From: Diplonema japonicum
Taxonomy: Eukaryota > Protista > Euglenozoa: Diplonemea
DNA length: 64,000 nt
Direction of reading: 5' to 3'
NCBI GenBank assembly: GCA_964019335.1
Contig: OZ025656.1
Span: 62,001 to 126,000, forward strand
The translations under genes and the position numbers were made by a program. A model generated the notes under the pieces. The model was not told where the DNA came from and did no database searches. It saw only the letters and a program-made list of their open reading frames with translations. Below, one piece after another: positions 9,781-21,847 of the stretch (positions within the stretch are counted from its first letter, which is position 1; every line of letters begins with the position of its first letter).

Positions 9781-11483
9781 ATGACATCGCAACTCAAGAC
9801 AACTGAAGATGATGGATCGTTCCTTGAGGCTGAGATCAGAGACTGGGTGGAGGAAAGGTCAGGGTACACATTCGAAGATCCTGACGACTGGCTTTCAGAG
9901 CTTGACAATGGTGTTGTGTTGTGTAAGATGCTAGCTGGTATTGATGACAGCCTGAAGACCAAGTTCAAGGCCAAACCGATGGGCATCTGGGGGAAGCGAG
10001 ACAATCTCTCTGTCTTCATCGACGTTCTGAAGCGTGAGCTTGATATGGATAGCGTGGTGCTCTTTGAAATCACGGACCTTCTCCCACAGGAGAACGCTGC
10101 ACAGGGTGCTAACCCCGACAATGTCGTCAGCTGTTTGCACGCTCTCGCGAAAACTGCATTCGAAAAATTCGGAACAGACCTACCAGGCTCTTGCAAGGCT
10201 GAGCTTGAAATTGAAGCTGAGAAGGAACTGGAAACATCTGAGATCGATAAGATTATCGAAGATGCGGAGGCAGAGCCTGTGACGCCTGTCACGACCACGG
10301 AGCCAGCATTCGACAGCGAGAGTGTGAAGCCCAGCGAGAAGGAGACTGTGCAAGACTCCGAATCCGAAGCACCTTCGTCTATAGCTCCGAAACCCAAGAA
10401 GTACAGAATTGTAAAAGGAGATGAAATCGACGAGGCTGTCGGCGAAGCGTTTAAAACGAGATCGACATCGGGTAACGATTTTGCTGGGGCTCGTGTTATG
10501 AGGATTAAGAAAGGGCAGTACCTGCTCCTCCCCCAAAAGAAGGTATTTTACATGAGAATATTAAGAGGGCAGCTGATGGTAAGGGTGGGTGGTGGCTGGG
10601 AGACCTTCGCGCAATGGTTGGGCCACCTAAAGCAGTTCTCGGCAACACACTTTGCGAAAAAGGCCACAACTAATGCCGAAGACCCTGCACAACGCACTGT
10701 CGATGTTGAAAAGGCTAAGGAGGAAGCGCAGCCGCAGCAAAACGCACAGCCAGCTATCGTGAAACCACAGGCACCCATGACGAGAAAAGCCCTTTCGAGA
10801 TCTCTCAGCGAGAGAACTAAGCCACGGCTGCAGACCCAAGGAAGCATGCGCAAGCAGGCAACACCCGCAGAGGGGAGGTCAACAACTCCAAGAAAGGTAT
10901 GCCACACAATATACACACCTACCCACAGGCAACTCAGAGGCACGCTACTAAAGCCGTTGCAAGACAGCAGTCTCAGTTGGGTAGACATCTGTCGGAGAGA
11001 CCTGCCTCAAACAGCATGATGGCTGAAAGGAAAGCATTGAAGGAAGGAAAGATGCCTCACCAGGTGACTACGAGAAGGGGGCAGAGCCCTGGAAGACCTA
11101 TGAGGACAACTAGCCCACTGGCAGAGAGACGATCCATGGACAAAAGCATGCCATCGCCAAACAGAGGTGCAGGCTACAGTGGTGCCCTTGGTGTAGGTGC
11201 CACTGTTAGGAGCACAAGCCCAAGAAGAAAGAGCGCACCTCTTGCGGAAAAGAGAACAACCAGCATGCGAATCGGCAGCAAGAAGCAACCAGTAGTTAAG
11301 CCCGCACCGAAGATTGCACCTGTGAACTTCCCCAAACCCAGGACACCTGCAACAAGGAGGACAAAGACCAGCCTCTCGGGTACAATGAAGTCGACAAACT
11401 CTTCTGTTTCTGCCCAACACACAAGGCCCTCACGCCCGTCCCTTGCTCGTTCGCACTCTCTTCGTGGTGGCGCCCGCAATTGA
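9781..11483 (+). CDS. GAS2-like protein: calponin-homology domain, GAR domain, basic S/R/P tail (~556 aa)
   Basis: CH motif IRDWVEE..ELDNGVVLCKM..DNLSVFI; GAR motif FYMRILRGQLMVRVGGGWETFAQWL. Intron 10897-10928 joins the two ORFs in frame. Confidence 0.88.
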
Positions 11484-11973
11484 TAACTTTTACTTTTAAT
11501 CCCTTATCCTCCCCCTATGCTATCTTCGTGAATTGCTGTATGCGGGACACCCTGTGTTGCATCCGCGTGATAGGGCAGGCGGCAGCGTGCTGGAAGGTGG
11601 TTGGTGCCACTACCTCAAAAAAAAAGTCATGTGGCGCACCTTTACTTGGCCCTTTTATGACTATCGAAGGCACTGCGGTGGTACGAATCAGCGATGGTGT
11701 GCTGACCTGCAAGTGTACTTGACAGTGTTTCTGCTCTTTTTTCTTTTTTATTCTCTTCTCTTCTCTTTTCTTTTCTTTCCCAATCCCTTATCTCCCGCTC
11801 CTTTAGTTTGCTCCGACCACGTACATCCTTGCCGAACAGTGTAAAGGAGGTGACAGTACATGTGCACCGCCTGCGGCCTCTTGGCCTTCTTGAAACTGAA
11901 AGAAGGCGGAATACACAGAAACAACAACAGGCACACCAGCTGTCTGTAAGCCTCAAGTGGTGACCACAAAAAG

Positions 11974-12012
<39 letters not shown>

Positions 12013-12475
12013 AAGCGAAAAACACCACCAAATGCCCTCTAACGCTCGTCTTGCTGCACCGACGAGAAACCCGCTGCAACACACACGGGTCAGTTGGATT
12101 GGTATTCTCCTTCAGATATAAGGGAGATGCCCCATAATAGCAGCCTTTCATTCATTTTCCTTGCAAGATAAAGGTTGATATCTTGGATTGTCCCTTGCAC
12201 TGCCCTGAACTGGGGTTGGGCGTAGTTCAAGTTTTTAGGTGCATATTGTGCTCAGAAGGTTTTTTTATATGTCTGAGGTTATGGCATGGGATTTTATTAG
12301 CTTTCGAAGTTTTTTTTGCCCCATTGTTTCCATTGCCGCTCACGTTGCGAAGCGAAATGAGCTTCAATACAAGCATTCTTGGCCGTTTCTTTCTTTCCCC
12401 CCTTTTATTTTCTCCAAGTGCGTTGTCTTTGCCCCTCCTTAATCACGAGTCACCCCTACAGTCCACTGACATAAC

Positions 12476-13666
12476 ATGTCGTCACACGCTAAGACACCTG
12501 CTTCCCCGAGCACGAGGTCTCAAAGGGACCGCAGTAGGAGCAGAAGCAGAAGGAGATCTTCGAGCTCTCCAAGCAGGAGGAGGCGAAGCACGCACGACTC
12601 AGAGAGGAGTCGTAGGAGGAGGTCGCCTTCCAAAAGTGACAGCAGCAGCGGCAGCAGCAGGAGCAGGTCACCTCGCGCTACCCCTTCGCGTAAGGCGCCA
12701 GAGGGCTTCGTTTATAGCAAAGCATCACCCTACCAAGGCTCTCCTGCAGATGGCAGGAGCTACCCTTCGTTTGACCCAAGAGACCAAGCACCGGAGGACA
12801 GGACGCTGAGCGCTTTGAACACTAGAGGGCCACTTGAGCCCAGAGTTCCTCTCGTTAGGGGCTCTCTTAGGCTCGAAGGTGTAAACTTTGCAAGATATGA
12901 AGGTATGAAGGTGGACCCTGAGCGACAGCGTGCCTTTACGTCTGCAATCAGGGATGACCTCATCAGTGAAGCAGGCAACGGTGTGGTGAGAGAGGATATC
13001 TTGCTCAGACTTACACCTGGGCCAATAAAAACAGTGGTCCTTGACTACGCAAGCGGCGTGACCAAGGACGGCCTCTTGAACCTCCCTTCGTTGGTGGACG
13101 CCGAGTGGTGCATTGATTGTGAGTACGCGATAGCCGCCAGGAACGAGGATAGGCAGGTTGCGATTGCCCGAACGCTCTTCGAAGCGCTCTCCGACGGTGA
13201 CCTTGCAATGGACAGTACGAGGCGCGCTTACTTGAAGTACCTGAACTCCAACCACGCAGACCCTAACAAGATACGTGTTGTCCCTACAGCGACAGCGGAA
13301 GATGCCGAAAAGAAGCCTCAATCACCTCATCACCGATCGGGTCTCTACGAGGAGGCTGATCCTCTTGAAGGGAGGTACACGTGGCATGAACGTAGGTCTC
13401 GTCAAGATCTGCCTACTGTACGCAATCTACCTGACGCTCCAAACAGCCCGAGAGCCCGTCCCCATATTGTAGGAGACGTCCCGGCTATTGGGGGTGTTCC
13501 GCTTGAGCATCGTCCCAAGCCCGATCCTGCTGCTATTGTATGTTTATATGTATCTTCTCAGCCACAACAGACATCGCCGCAAAGCTACGCACGCCGCACC
13601 CAGCAGCCGTGGTGGGACACCAGCCCCTCGTGGGAGCTGAAGCGTGCGATGGCACGTGAGTCTTGA
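12476..13666 (+). CDS. Hypothetical protein: RS-rich N-terminus and a central domain resembling the euglenozoan FAZ1 conserved domain (~385 aa)
   Basis: Long ORF; LEGVNF..AFTSAIRDDL..STRRAY pattern (weak, by eye). Probable in-frame intron 13538-13570. Confidence 0.75.
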   Translation: MSSHAKTPASPSTRSQRDRSRSRSRRRSSSSPSRRRRSTHDSERSRRRRSPSKSDSSSGSSRSRSPRATPSRKAPEGFVYSKASPYQGSPADGRSYPSFDPRDQAPEDRTLSALNTRGPLEPRVPLVRGSLRLEGVNFARYEGMKVDPERQRAFTSAIRDDLISEAGNGVVREDILLRLTPGPIKTVVLDYASGVTKDGLLNLPSLVDAEWCIDCEYAIAARNEDRQVAIARTLFEALSDGDLAMDSTRRAYLKYLNSNHADPNKIRVVPTATAEDAEKKPQSPHHRSGLYEEADPLEGRYTWHERRSRQDLPTVRNLPDAPNSPRARPHIVGDVPAIGGVPLEHRPKPDPAAIVCLYVSSQPQQTSPQSYARRTQQPWWDTSPSWELKRAMARES

Positions 13667-13808
13667 TACTGTGTTTTTATTTGTAAACATCCCTTCCTCT
13701 CTTTGTACTTTGTATCTGTTAGTCTACGTAAAATTTATTTGTAGTGCGAGATTGGACTTCACACGCAGGGTCAGTAAGCATTTAGAAATGATTGGAAGCT
13801 GAGACGAC

Positions 13809-16330
13809 ATGTCCGCGCTGTTGGGGAACGACTCCAGCAACTCCAACGGCTACGATGAGCCGGAGTGGGAGGTCGTCATTGTTCTTGCTGCCTATGGAGC
13901 TCTTTTCTATGCTTTGACGTTTTGCTCTTTTCCTGTGCTGATATATTTCTTGAGCAAAAACGATAGTTGGACACCATTAAACGTGAAGCAACGGGGCTTG
14001 ACTCAGCTGGGTGTTGCTGCTGGTGGTTTGTGGTTTTTGCACAACATTCTGGTTCCGCAGCTGCCACAGGACGAACGAGACAAAATGCTACCACCACACT
14101 CCGGATCGTGCTGGTTGCGCGAATTTTGGAGAACAGTTAGTGTGTGTATTTATGCTAATGCCATTCTCGTGAAGCAGTATAAAAGTCACGTGCGATACGT
14201 GTCACGGGATGGACGCCTCCCTACCTATGTGCACATGCTGCTGCTCTCGATTCCATATGTGCTGATGGTGGCTCTGCCCTTCTGGGAGCGTTATGACGCC
14301 GACACCAGTGAGTGTCTCGACCCTGATTCGTCGGAATACGTTCTCTTTGCATGGACTACCGTGATATTGATGTGCAGCGTGGCCCTTGTTAACACCTTGA
14401 GAGACACTTGTACTTTCTATCCTAACTTCAGGGGTTCGGTTGCTGAGGTCACCGGCTTGGCAGTGCTTATGACCGTGAAAGCATTTGAGGTATGGCAGTT
14501 TGTTATGGTTTCAGCATATTATTCACAGTTGTGGTTGTCATGCGAAGGAAATATGTGCCCTTCGCACTTTACAAAAGTGACGATCATGACATTCTTCTTG
14601 ATCACAGTGCCGAACACTGTGTACTGGATTGCCCTTGGCGAGTATGCCCCAAAGACGTCACATACAACACAGGGTAATGTGGAAGGTCGTGACCGGAGAT
14701 GTAGAGTACTGTAGGAACCTGGAGAGGCTGTGCTCACCCACATCACACCTCATCCTTGCGAACACCGACGTGGTCGAGGACTACGACGACGGGGGACACG
14801 ACGAGGAAGACACCGAGCCACACATACCAATACCAAGGATGCGACCGAACTACGACAAAGGGAGTACAGGGGAGTTCTTCGAGACCGATCGCCTTGCACG
14901 ACTCATCGACAACGGTGATCGTGATGCTGTGCGATCCTTCGTGCTGGCCACGAACCTCGACCTGGTGCACATATTAGACAGGGAAGGCCTGGCTCCCTTG
15001 CACAGAGCTGTCCAAGGAGGCTATGCGGATCTGGTAGAATTCCTTATAGAAATCAACTGTGATCCGAACCTTCCTTCGCGCGACGGGGACCGCGCGATAC
15101 ACTTTGCAGCACGGTTAGGGAACACAACTATCATCTCCATCCTGCATGAGGCCAACGCCGATGTGAACGCTATTTCACATAGAGGCATCACACCGCTGCA
15201 CTACGCAGTGCTGTCCGCGTCCATCTCTGCTATTACCCTTCTTCTGGATAGGGGCGCTCTTGTGAACATACCTGGCATGGAAGTAGTTTCTGATAAAGGC
15301 AATTGGGAAAAGGCTCATGTAGCCGATGCGGGGAGGATTAAAAATTACTGGAAGCAACCTTTAACGCTAGCAGTAGAGCTGGGTCTTGTAGATGTGGTGT
15401 CGTGCATGGCACAGCCTTCTGTTTTGAACACCCCTTGTGCCCACGGGATTACACAGCTCATGATAGCCGTCGTGTTGGGGCACAAGGCTGTTGTCGAGGT
15501 CCTGCTTAATGTATGTTTACAGACATTTTTCACAATGTTCAGAACGGAGTCGACATTTGGCGTATAAGCAACCGCGACAAGCGTAATGTCCTGCATTACA
15601 ATGCCATGCAAGGCAGCACGCATATGTTCACGCTGCTCAAGTATGTCAGAAGTATTACACATCATGTATGACACGCAGGGAATGGTTCCTAAATACTGAG
15701 CCGCCCAACTCCCCCCCTCAATCACCTAAGAAAAGCATCCCATCAACACCCAAGGTGGGGCCTCCAAGGTATGTTTACTGCAAGCACCACTCAACTTAGA
15801 TCTGCCTCGCCAGTCTGTCCTTCGCTGAGCCCTCTTAGCGGGGCTCCGGGTTGCAGTGGTCCCTCTTTTCCTTCTGGCGACAAGGCCTCTATTTTTGTTG
15901 ACTCTGCGTGCGCAGCAGATTCTCTCAGTGCAGACCTCACAGATCTGGAGCAAAAGAGCAGTGAAGGGAGAGTAGAAGAACCGGCGCTCCTGTGGAATGG
16001 GCCTGCAGATCCTAAGCAGCTCCTTGCTATCTTCTTGTCCATGCCGGACTGCATGGGAAGGACACCGTTACACTACTCGGTGCTTAAGACAAATCACGAC
16101 CTTGTTGCCATGCTTCTTGCTGAAGGTGCCAATCCAAAAGCACGCGATCTGCAGCGACCTGAAAGAGGTATGTCTGTTTGCACATGTGAACAAACACAGG
16201 ATGCCTTGGGGCGACCCCTGCAGAGTACATTCAGCAGCTACAAGGCGCACACCACGGTACGCCAAGCGAGCGGGCTGAATATTACAAAGTCTGGCTGGCT
16301 CTCCAACCACGAACTGTTTCGAAATCGTAA
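13809..16330 (+). CDS. Seven-transmembrane protein fused to C-terminal ankyrin repeats (~772 aa)
   Basis: Seven hydrophobic segments in the first ~270 aa; ankyrin motifs GLAPLHRA, GDRAIHFA, GITPLHYA, GRTPLHYS. Introns 14490-14528, 14642-14672, 15511-15542, 15641-15678, 15769-15799 and 16168-16199 give one frame ending TAA 16330. Confidence 0.8.
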
Positions 16331-16779
16331 CTTCAATTTACATCCTGACCTGATTCGCTCTTGTATCCCTTTAGATATATTTGACAGGAAGCTTGATGCC
16401 GTTCGCGGTGTCTATCAAACCAGCAGCTTACCAGTGTCTTCTATCTCCGCACGTAGGACCGATGGTGTTGCACAAGGCTAAGGAATAGCACCTAATATTC
16501 GTGCTTGGGGAAATGGCTGTCCCTGCACTCTTCTTTTCCTACCCCTTGCCTCATGACATAAGGAACAATACACAAATGCAAAATGCCCCCCAAATCCTCA
16601 CTGCGAAGGAAATAGAGGTGAGGAAGGAGGAGTTGCGGAACAATAGGCAAGACGAGGGGCGAAATAGAAATGGTGTCCTTGAAAGGAGGGCCGGTTTGGA
16701 GAGAGAGTTTGAAAGCTTCAAACCAGCGGCTGTGGGCACACATCGTCATGTTGACACTGGAAACGTGAAACACGTGCCC

Positions 16780-19392
16780 ATGGCAGCGGAGAGGAGTCTG
16801 CAGGTAACTAACGACGTGACGCGGACACTGCTGGATATGGCCGACCAAGAGCTTGACCTGTCGAACGAGGCGTGGGAAGAAGATCTCGAGAAGTGCATTA
16901 AGGTCCTTAACGAAGACCTTGTTCTTGCAGAGGTCGTGAGCCAAGGGACCAACCTTCAGAAGTATGCATCGGAAAAGGAGGCCGCACTCGTCGAGAAAGA
17001 AGTGGCCTCCATCGAGGACTACGTTCAGAACGCCGACAGGTTCGCACAGTTGTACGGCGAAGTGTCCAGGTGCGAGGGCATGATCGAAAGCATACGCAAT
17101 GTGGTGTGGGGCTTCCGAGACCACTTAGGAAGTATTACTGGTGACATAAAATCATTGCAGCAACGCAGCGCCGAGATAACTGAAAAAATTAAAAACCGAG
17201 AGGACGCCCTCTTGTACTTGTCGCCCATATTACAGAAGATAGATGTGATCACACCTGAATGGATCAAGTCTGTTGAGAACACGCCCATCGAGGCTCCTGA
17301 CGGCAGGAACAAACGTGATAAACAGCGTGAGGTGGATGCGGTGTTCCTTCAGGCTGTCCGCCAGTTGGATGAAAAAATAAACTTCCTCTCCGAGGACCCA
17401 TACCTAGAAGGCTCGTTGATGCAGCAGCAACTCTACCCCCAACTCATGAGTGCAGCCTCAAAGGTGTCCTTAAAGGTGCATGCCTTCTTGCTCGGTAAAA
17501 TGGAAGGTTTGAAGGAAGACACAAATATTGTCATCCAGCAGCAGGCCCTGGCCCACCGATGCTCGTTTGCCTTCCGCTTCCTGAAGCACTACAACCAGTC
17601 TCTTGCTGACAACATTGTGGACCAGTACGTTGAAATGATAAACAAGGTGTATGGGAAGCTCATGCGCAGGTCCTACCAGAGCGCTGCGAAGCCTGAAGTG
17701 CGGGTTGCAAAGCCAGAGCTGATAATCCCCAAGGAATGTTTTGACGCGAAGAAGGGCACTGAGGCCAGCGGGAAAAAGTTGTTTGGTAAGCTGACGGGCG
17801 TGACGTCACGAGACAAGGTGCAGGTTCCCTTTCCGGAGAGGCTATTAATCCTCACAGCTATCATCCCTGATGGCGATCAGCTTGTCGTAGATCCATCCAT
17901 CGCCATGAGCCAAACTCGTACTTACGTAGAGGACTTCGTGAGGATAAACTCCTGTCTCATCAACACCGCAGTACACGAGGCGTCTTTTATTTCTGAATAT
18001 TTTTCGTTCCCTTCTGCAAGACGTGAAGTATGCACCAGTTCAGGGTATAAACACCGCAACAGGCGATCCTCACGCATGTATTCGATAAGGGCTATGCGTA
18101 CGTCAGAGAGAAGACGATGGAAGTTCTTGCTGCTGCTGCCAATGACATCATCGGCATCTTGCTGTTGCTGCGGATGTATGGAATGCTATAAATCTTGAAA
18201 ACTCGCAACACACACAGCTCCGAGTGTCTCTTCAGCCATCTGCTGCCAAGTAAAGAAGACCCTAACGGGTTAGGGATACAGGTGTGCACGCACCACGCAC
18301 AGCACCACCAGCAGTCGTCACTGGTGACGTCACGGACAAACCTACACCCCGGGACAATGGGAGAAGGCATTGCTCAGAGGAGCCAGAACAGGAACTTTAG
18401 GCCTCCTGGCTTCTTGGTGAGTAACTTGAAGGACCAGCAAGCCAAGTTGTGGGGCATGTACAGTGAATGCATCGGCAACCAGATTGCCAGTGTCAGGGAC
18501 GCTTCCGAGATCAGTTTTGCGAAAATTAAAACTTCCAATAACAAACCGGCAGCGGAGCTCATGAAGCAAGACGCGGCGCTCTGCCAGCACCTCGCCGCAC
18601 ACAGCACCGTGAAGCGGTACGTGGACCTTGTCTGCGATTTGCATACAATCAACACGATCCCCATGATCGGCAGCAGAGTGTCGGGTGCACAGAACGGAAG
18701 TTTGATATTCAGTGATGCAGTGGTGGCGGACTTGGCCATCTTGCGGAATGAGATGATCAAGCTGATTACGATCCTGTCGCGGCGACACACCACACCCACC
18801 TTGACGTCTATTTGCGAGGTCAACAATTTCGCATCTGTAGTGGAAGTCTTCGTTGAGAGAGGAGTGGCCCGTGAGGCTTGTGAGGATATCCAAGTCTTTG
18901 AAAGCACTTTGCGGAGCCGTGTCGAGGTTTTCGCACTGCAGGTATGTAGCCACTGCACCCGCACGACCACACTACAGGAGCTGAAGCCTATCTATGGTCC
19001 TATGATGGACCTGGTGAACAAGAGCTCAGAAATATTAAAGAAAGCAAAAGTATGCAAAACAAATGCAAACACAACACCCGCAGACGGAGGACGAGTACGC
19101 AGCAAACAGGATGGTGATCGACGCTGACGCCATAGTCGGGGTTGTCAACAGGTTCCACGCAGAATGGCAAGAGAACTTCGAGAACCTGTTCAACCTTATG
19201 GGACAGTATTTCAAGAAGATCTACGCAGGACAGTTTGTTCTGAAGGTTATCTTCGCAAAGATCGTCGGCATGAACCAGTCACTGCACACCATCGTGACCA
19301 ACATGTGGTCCAACCCACTTTGTGGTGCCAAGCTTGTTTCGAAGGAGGTTATCAAACACCAGGCTGCAACAAAATACGCGATATCCCTTTAA
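16780..19392 (+). CDS. VPS52: GARP/EARP complex subunit Vps52 (~810 aa)
   Basis: NLQKYA..SIEDYV..FAQLY..FRDHLGSITGDIKSLQQRS..KIKNR N-terminal signature. Introns 18028-18062, 18176-18217, 18282-18314 (uncertain), 18942-18977, 19050-19083. Start codon uncertain. Confidence 0.88.
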
Positions 19393-19531
19393 GAAGGTGT
19401 TGCACAAGGATCTATCTTTCCGCACACTTGAAGTGGAGCCATCCATAAAAGGATTTTCTTTTTTTTAATATTCTTGTTGCCATTCCAAATAAGAAAAGTA
19501 CCTTGCTCAGGAAAATAGTAGATCATTTACA

Positions 19532-21218
19532 ATGTCGCAACAACAAGTACTCGTGTTGCAGTCGAACACAAAGAGAGAGCATGGCAGGAAGGCGCAGCTC
19601 AACAACATCAGCGCAGGGAAGTCTGTGGCTGACCTGATTAGAACAACGCTCGGGCCGAGGAGCATGTTGAAAATGATCTTGGACCCCATGGGCAGCACGC
19701 AGATCACGAACGACGGGAACGCCATCCTCCGTGAGATCGACGTGGTGCACCCCGCAGCGAAGCACATGATCGAGCTGGCAAGGGCGCAGGACGAAGAGTG
19801 CGGTGACGGTACCACTTCCGTGATCATCCTGGGTGGGGAGATGCTCGCCACCTCGCAGCCCTTCATCGAGATCCACAACATCCACCCCATCAAGGTTGTG
19901 AGGGGGTACATGCAGGCACTGGACGACGCAGTTGCCTACATGAAGAGCATCGCCCTCCCCGTCGATGTCAACAACGACGATGAGATGTTCAACATCGTCG
20001 ACTCCTGCCTGGGCACCAAGTTCGCCGGGAGGTACGGCGATCTCGCAACAAAGCTTGCTGTGTCTGCCGTGAGGAAGGTGCAGCGCCGCGACCCCGTCTC
20101 TGGGAACTACGAGGTGGACTTCAAGAGGTACGCGAAGGTTGAGAAGATCCCCGGTGGGCACATCGACGAGTGCAAGGTCTTGGACGGTGTCATGTTCAAC
20201 AAGGACATCACGCACCAGAAGATGCGCCGTATGATTAAAAATCCCAGAGTGCTTCTCCTTGACTGCCCTCTGGAATACAAAAAAGCTGAAAGCATGCTGA
20301 ACGTGGAGATCATTGATGAACAGGACTGGGAGAAGCTGATGGACATGGAAGAGAAGTGGATCCAGGACGTGTGCGAGGACATCATCCGTGCAAAGCCCGA
20401 TGTTGTGATAACCGAGAAGGGTATCAGCGACCTTGCGCAGCACTACTTCGTGAAGGCCGGAATCACCGCCATCAGAAGAATCAGGAAGACCGACAACAAC
20501 CGTATCGCAAGAGCCACTGGCGCGACCATTGTGCACAGGCCCGACGAGATTAAGGAGACGGACATTGGCACCAACGCGGGGTTGTTCCAGGTGCAGAAGA
20601 TCGGTGACGAGTACTTCACGTTCATTGTTGAGTGCAAGGAGCCCAAGGCATGCTCCATCATTCTCCGTGGTGCTTCGAAGGACACTCTGAACGAGATCGA
20701 GAGGAACCTTCACGACGCCATGAACGTGGCGAGGAACATCTTCAACGAGCCTAAGGTGGTGTACGGCGGCGGCAGTGTGGAAATGGCTGTGTCTCAGATG
20801 TTGGTGGAGAAGTCGAAGACCATCCAGGGTGTGCAGCAGAAGGCCTACCAGGCAGTGGCACAAGCTCTGGAGGTAATTCCCAGGACACTTGTGCAGAACT
20901 GTGGTGGTGCTGTAATTAAGCTTCTTACTGAGCTGCGTGCCAAGCACACCGACAAGGCTAACGTGTCATACGGCATCGACGGTGAAGAGGGCACCCTCAT
21001 CGACATGAAGGACAAGAAAATCATGGAGCCTCTGCTTGTGAAGCAACAGACCCTGAAAACAGCTGTTGAGGCTGCGTGCGTGCTCATCAGAATCGACGAT
21101 ATCGTGTCTGGTGTGTCCGTCGGCGATGATAGGCCGCAGCAGGTATGCATTATTATTAAAAACAATTGACACCACACCACATCCACAGGCCCAGGGCGGT
21201 GGTGATGATGAGGAATAG
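19532..21218 (+). CDS. CCT3: Chaperonin CCT/TRiC subunit gamma (~546 aa)
   Basis: GRKAQLNNI, LGPRSMLKMILDPMG, GDGTTS, KRYAKVEKIPGG, RRIRKTDNNRIARATGA. Intron 21143-21188, then last exon AQGGGDDEE*. Confidence 0.97.
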
Positions 21219-21847
21219 GAGCTGAAAATTAGAGATCGTTCACACCTACATTAGACTTGTGCCTGTGGCACTGGGGCTGGTGAATAGAATTCCTTTTCCC
21301 TTTTCTTTTTTCCTTTTTCTTTTTTGCATTAAATGAAACACCGAGCGCCATCCCCCGACGCCCCGTAAAACATAGTAATGATCAAGTTTCGTGAAGTGGT
21401 TTGAACATAAAGGCCCCTCTATTTTTTTTTCGTCCCCCCCCTTTGTTTTCTTTTTCACATCCCACTTTTTCTTTATGTTTTGTTGTTTCCCTTTGTTTAC
21501 TGTTTTTGCTCTTTCTGGTTTCCTTTTTTCTTTTTCTTTTTTGCCCAACCCACTTTAGTGTATCAGTCCCTTGCCATTGTTTGCCCCACACATTTCTTAC
21601 CACCCCTTTGAGAACAGAAGGTTATGTTGCGCAAGTGGCGCCTCAGCTTATTGAATAGGTGTGCTAGGCATTCACACCCTTTCCCTCTTTTTTGTTTTTG
21701 TTCTTTCCCCCCACCTTTTTCTCCATCCCTTCCCCGTTAGATCTCCATCACATGGTTTCTTTACCCTCGCCCCTACCACTTCACACCCAGCCAAACCCAG
21801 TTTTTTTAGTTCACTATATTCTGTCTCTTGATGCCCATACAGGTAGA

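Noticed and set aside
11484-12475. snoRNA or small gene in the spacer after GAS2-like
   Set aside because: No clear box C (RTGATGA) paired with box D and no recognisable ORF. A covariance search is needed to exclude it.
16331-16779. N-terminal extension of VPS52 or a separate gene
   Set aside because: The frame is open but similarity to Vps52 starts near 16780. Not resolvable without SL-site data.
19523-20947. 474-aa minus-strand ORF
   Set aside because: Antisense shadow of the codon-biased CCT3 gene; the same applies to other minus-strand ORFs over genes.
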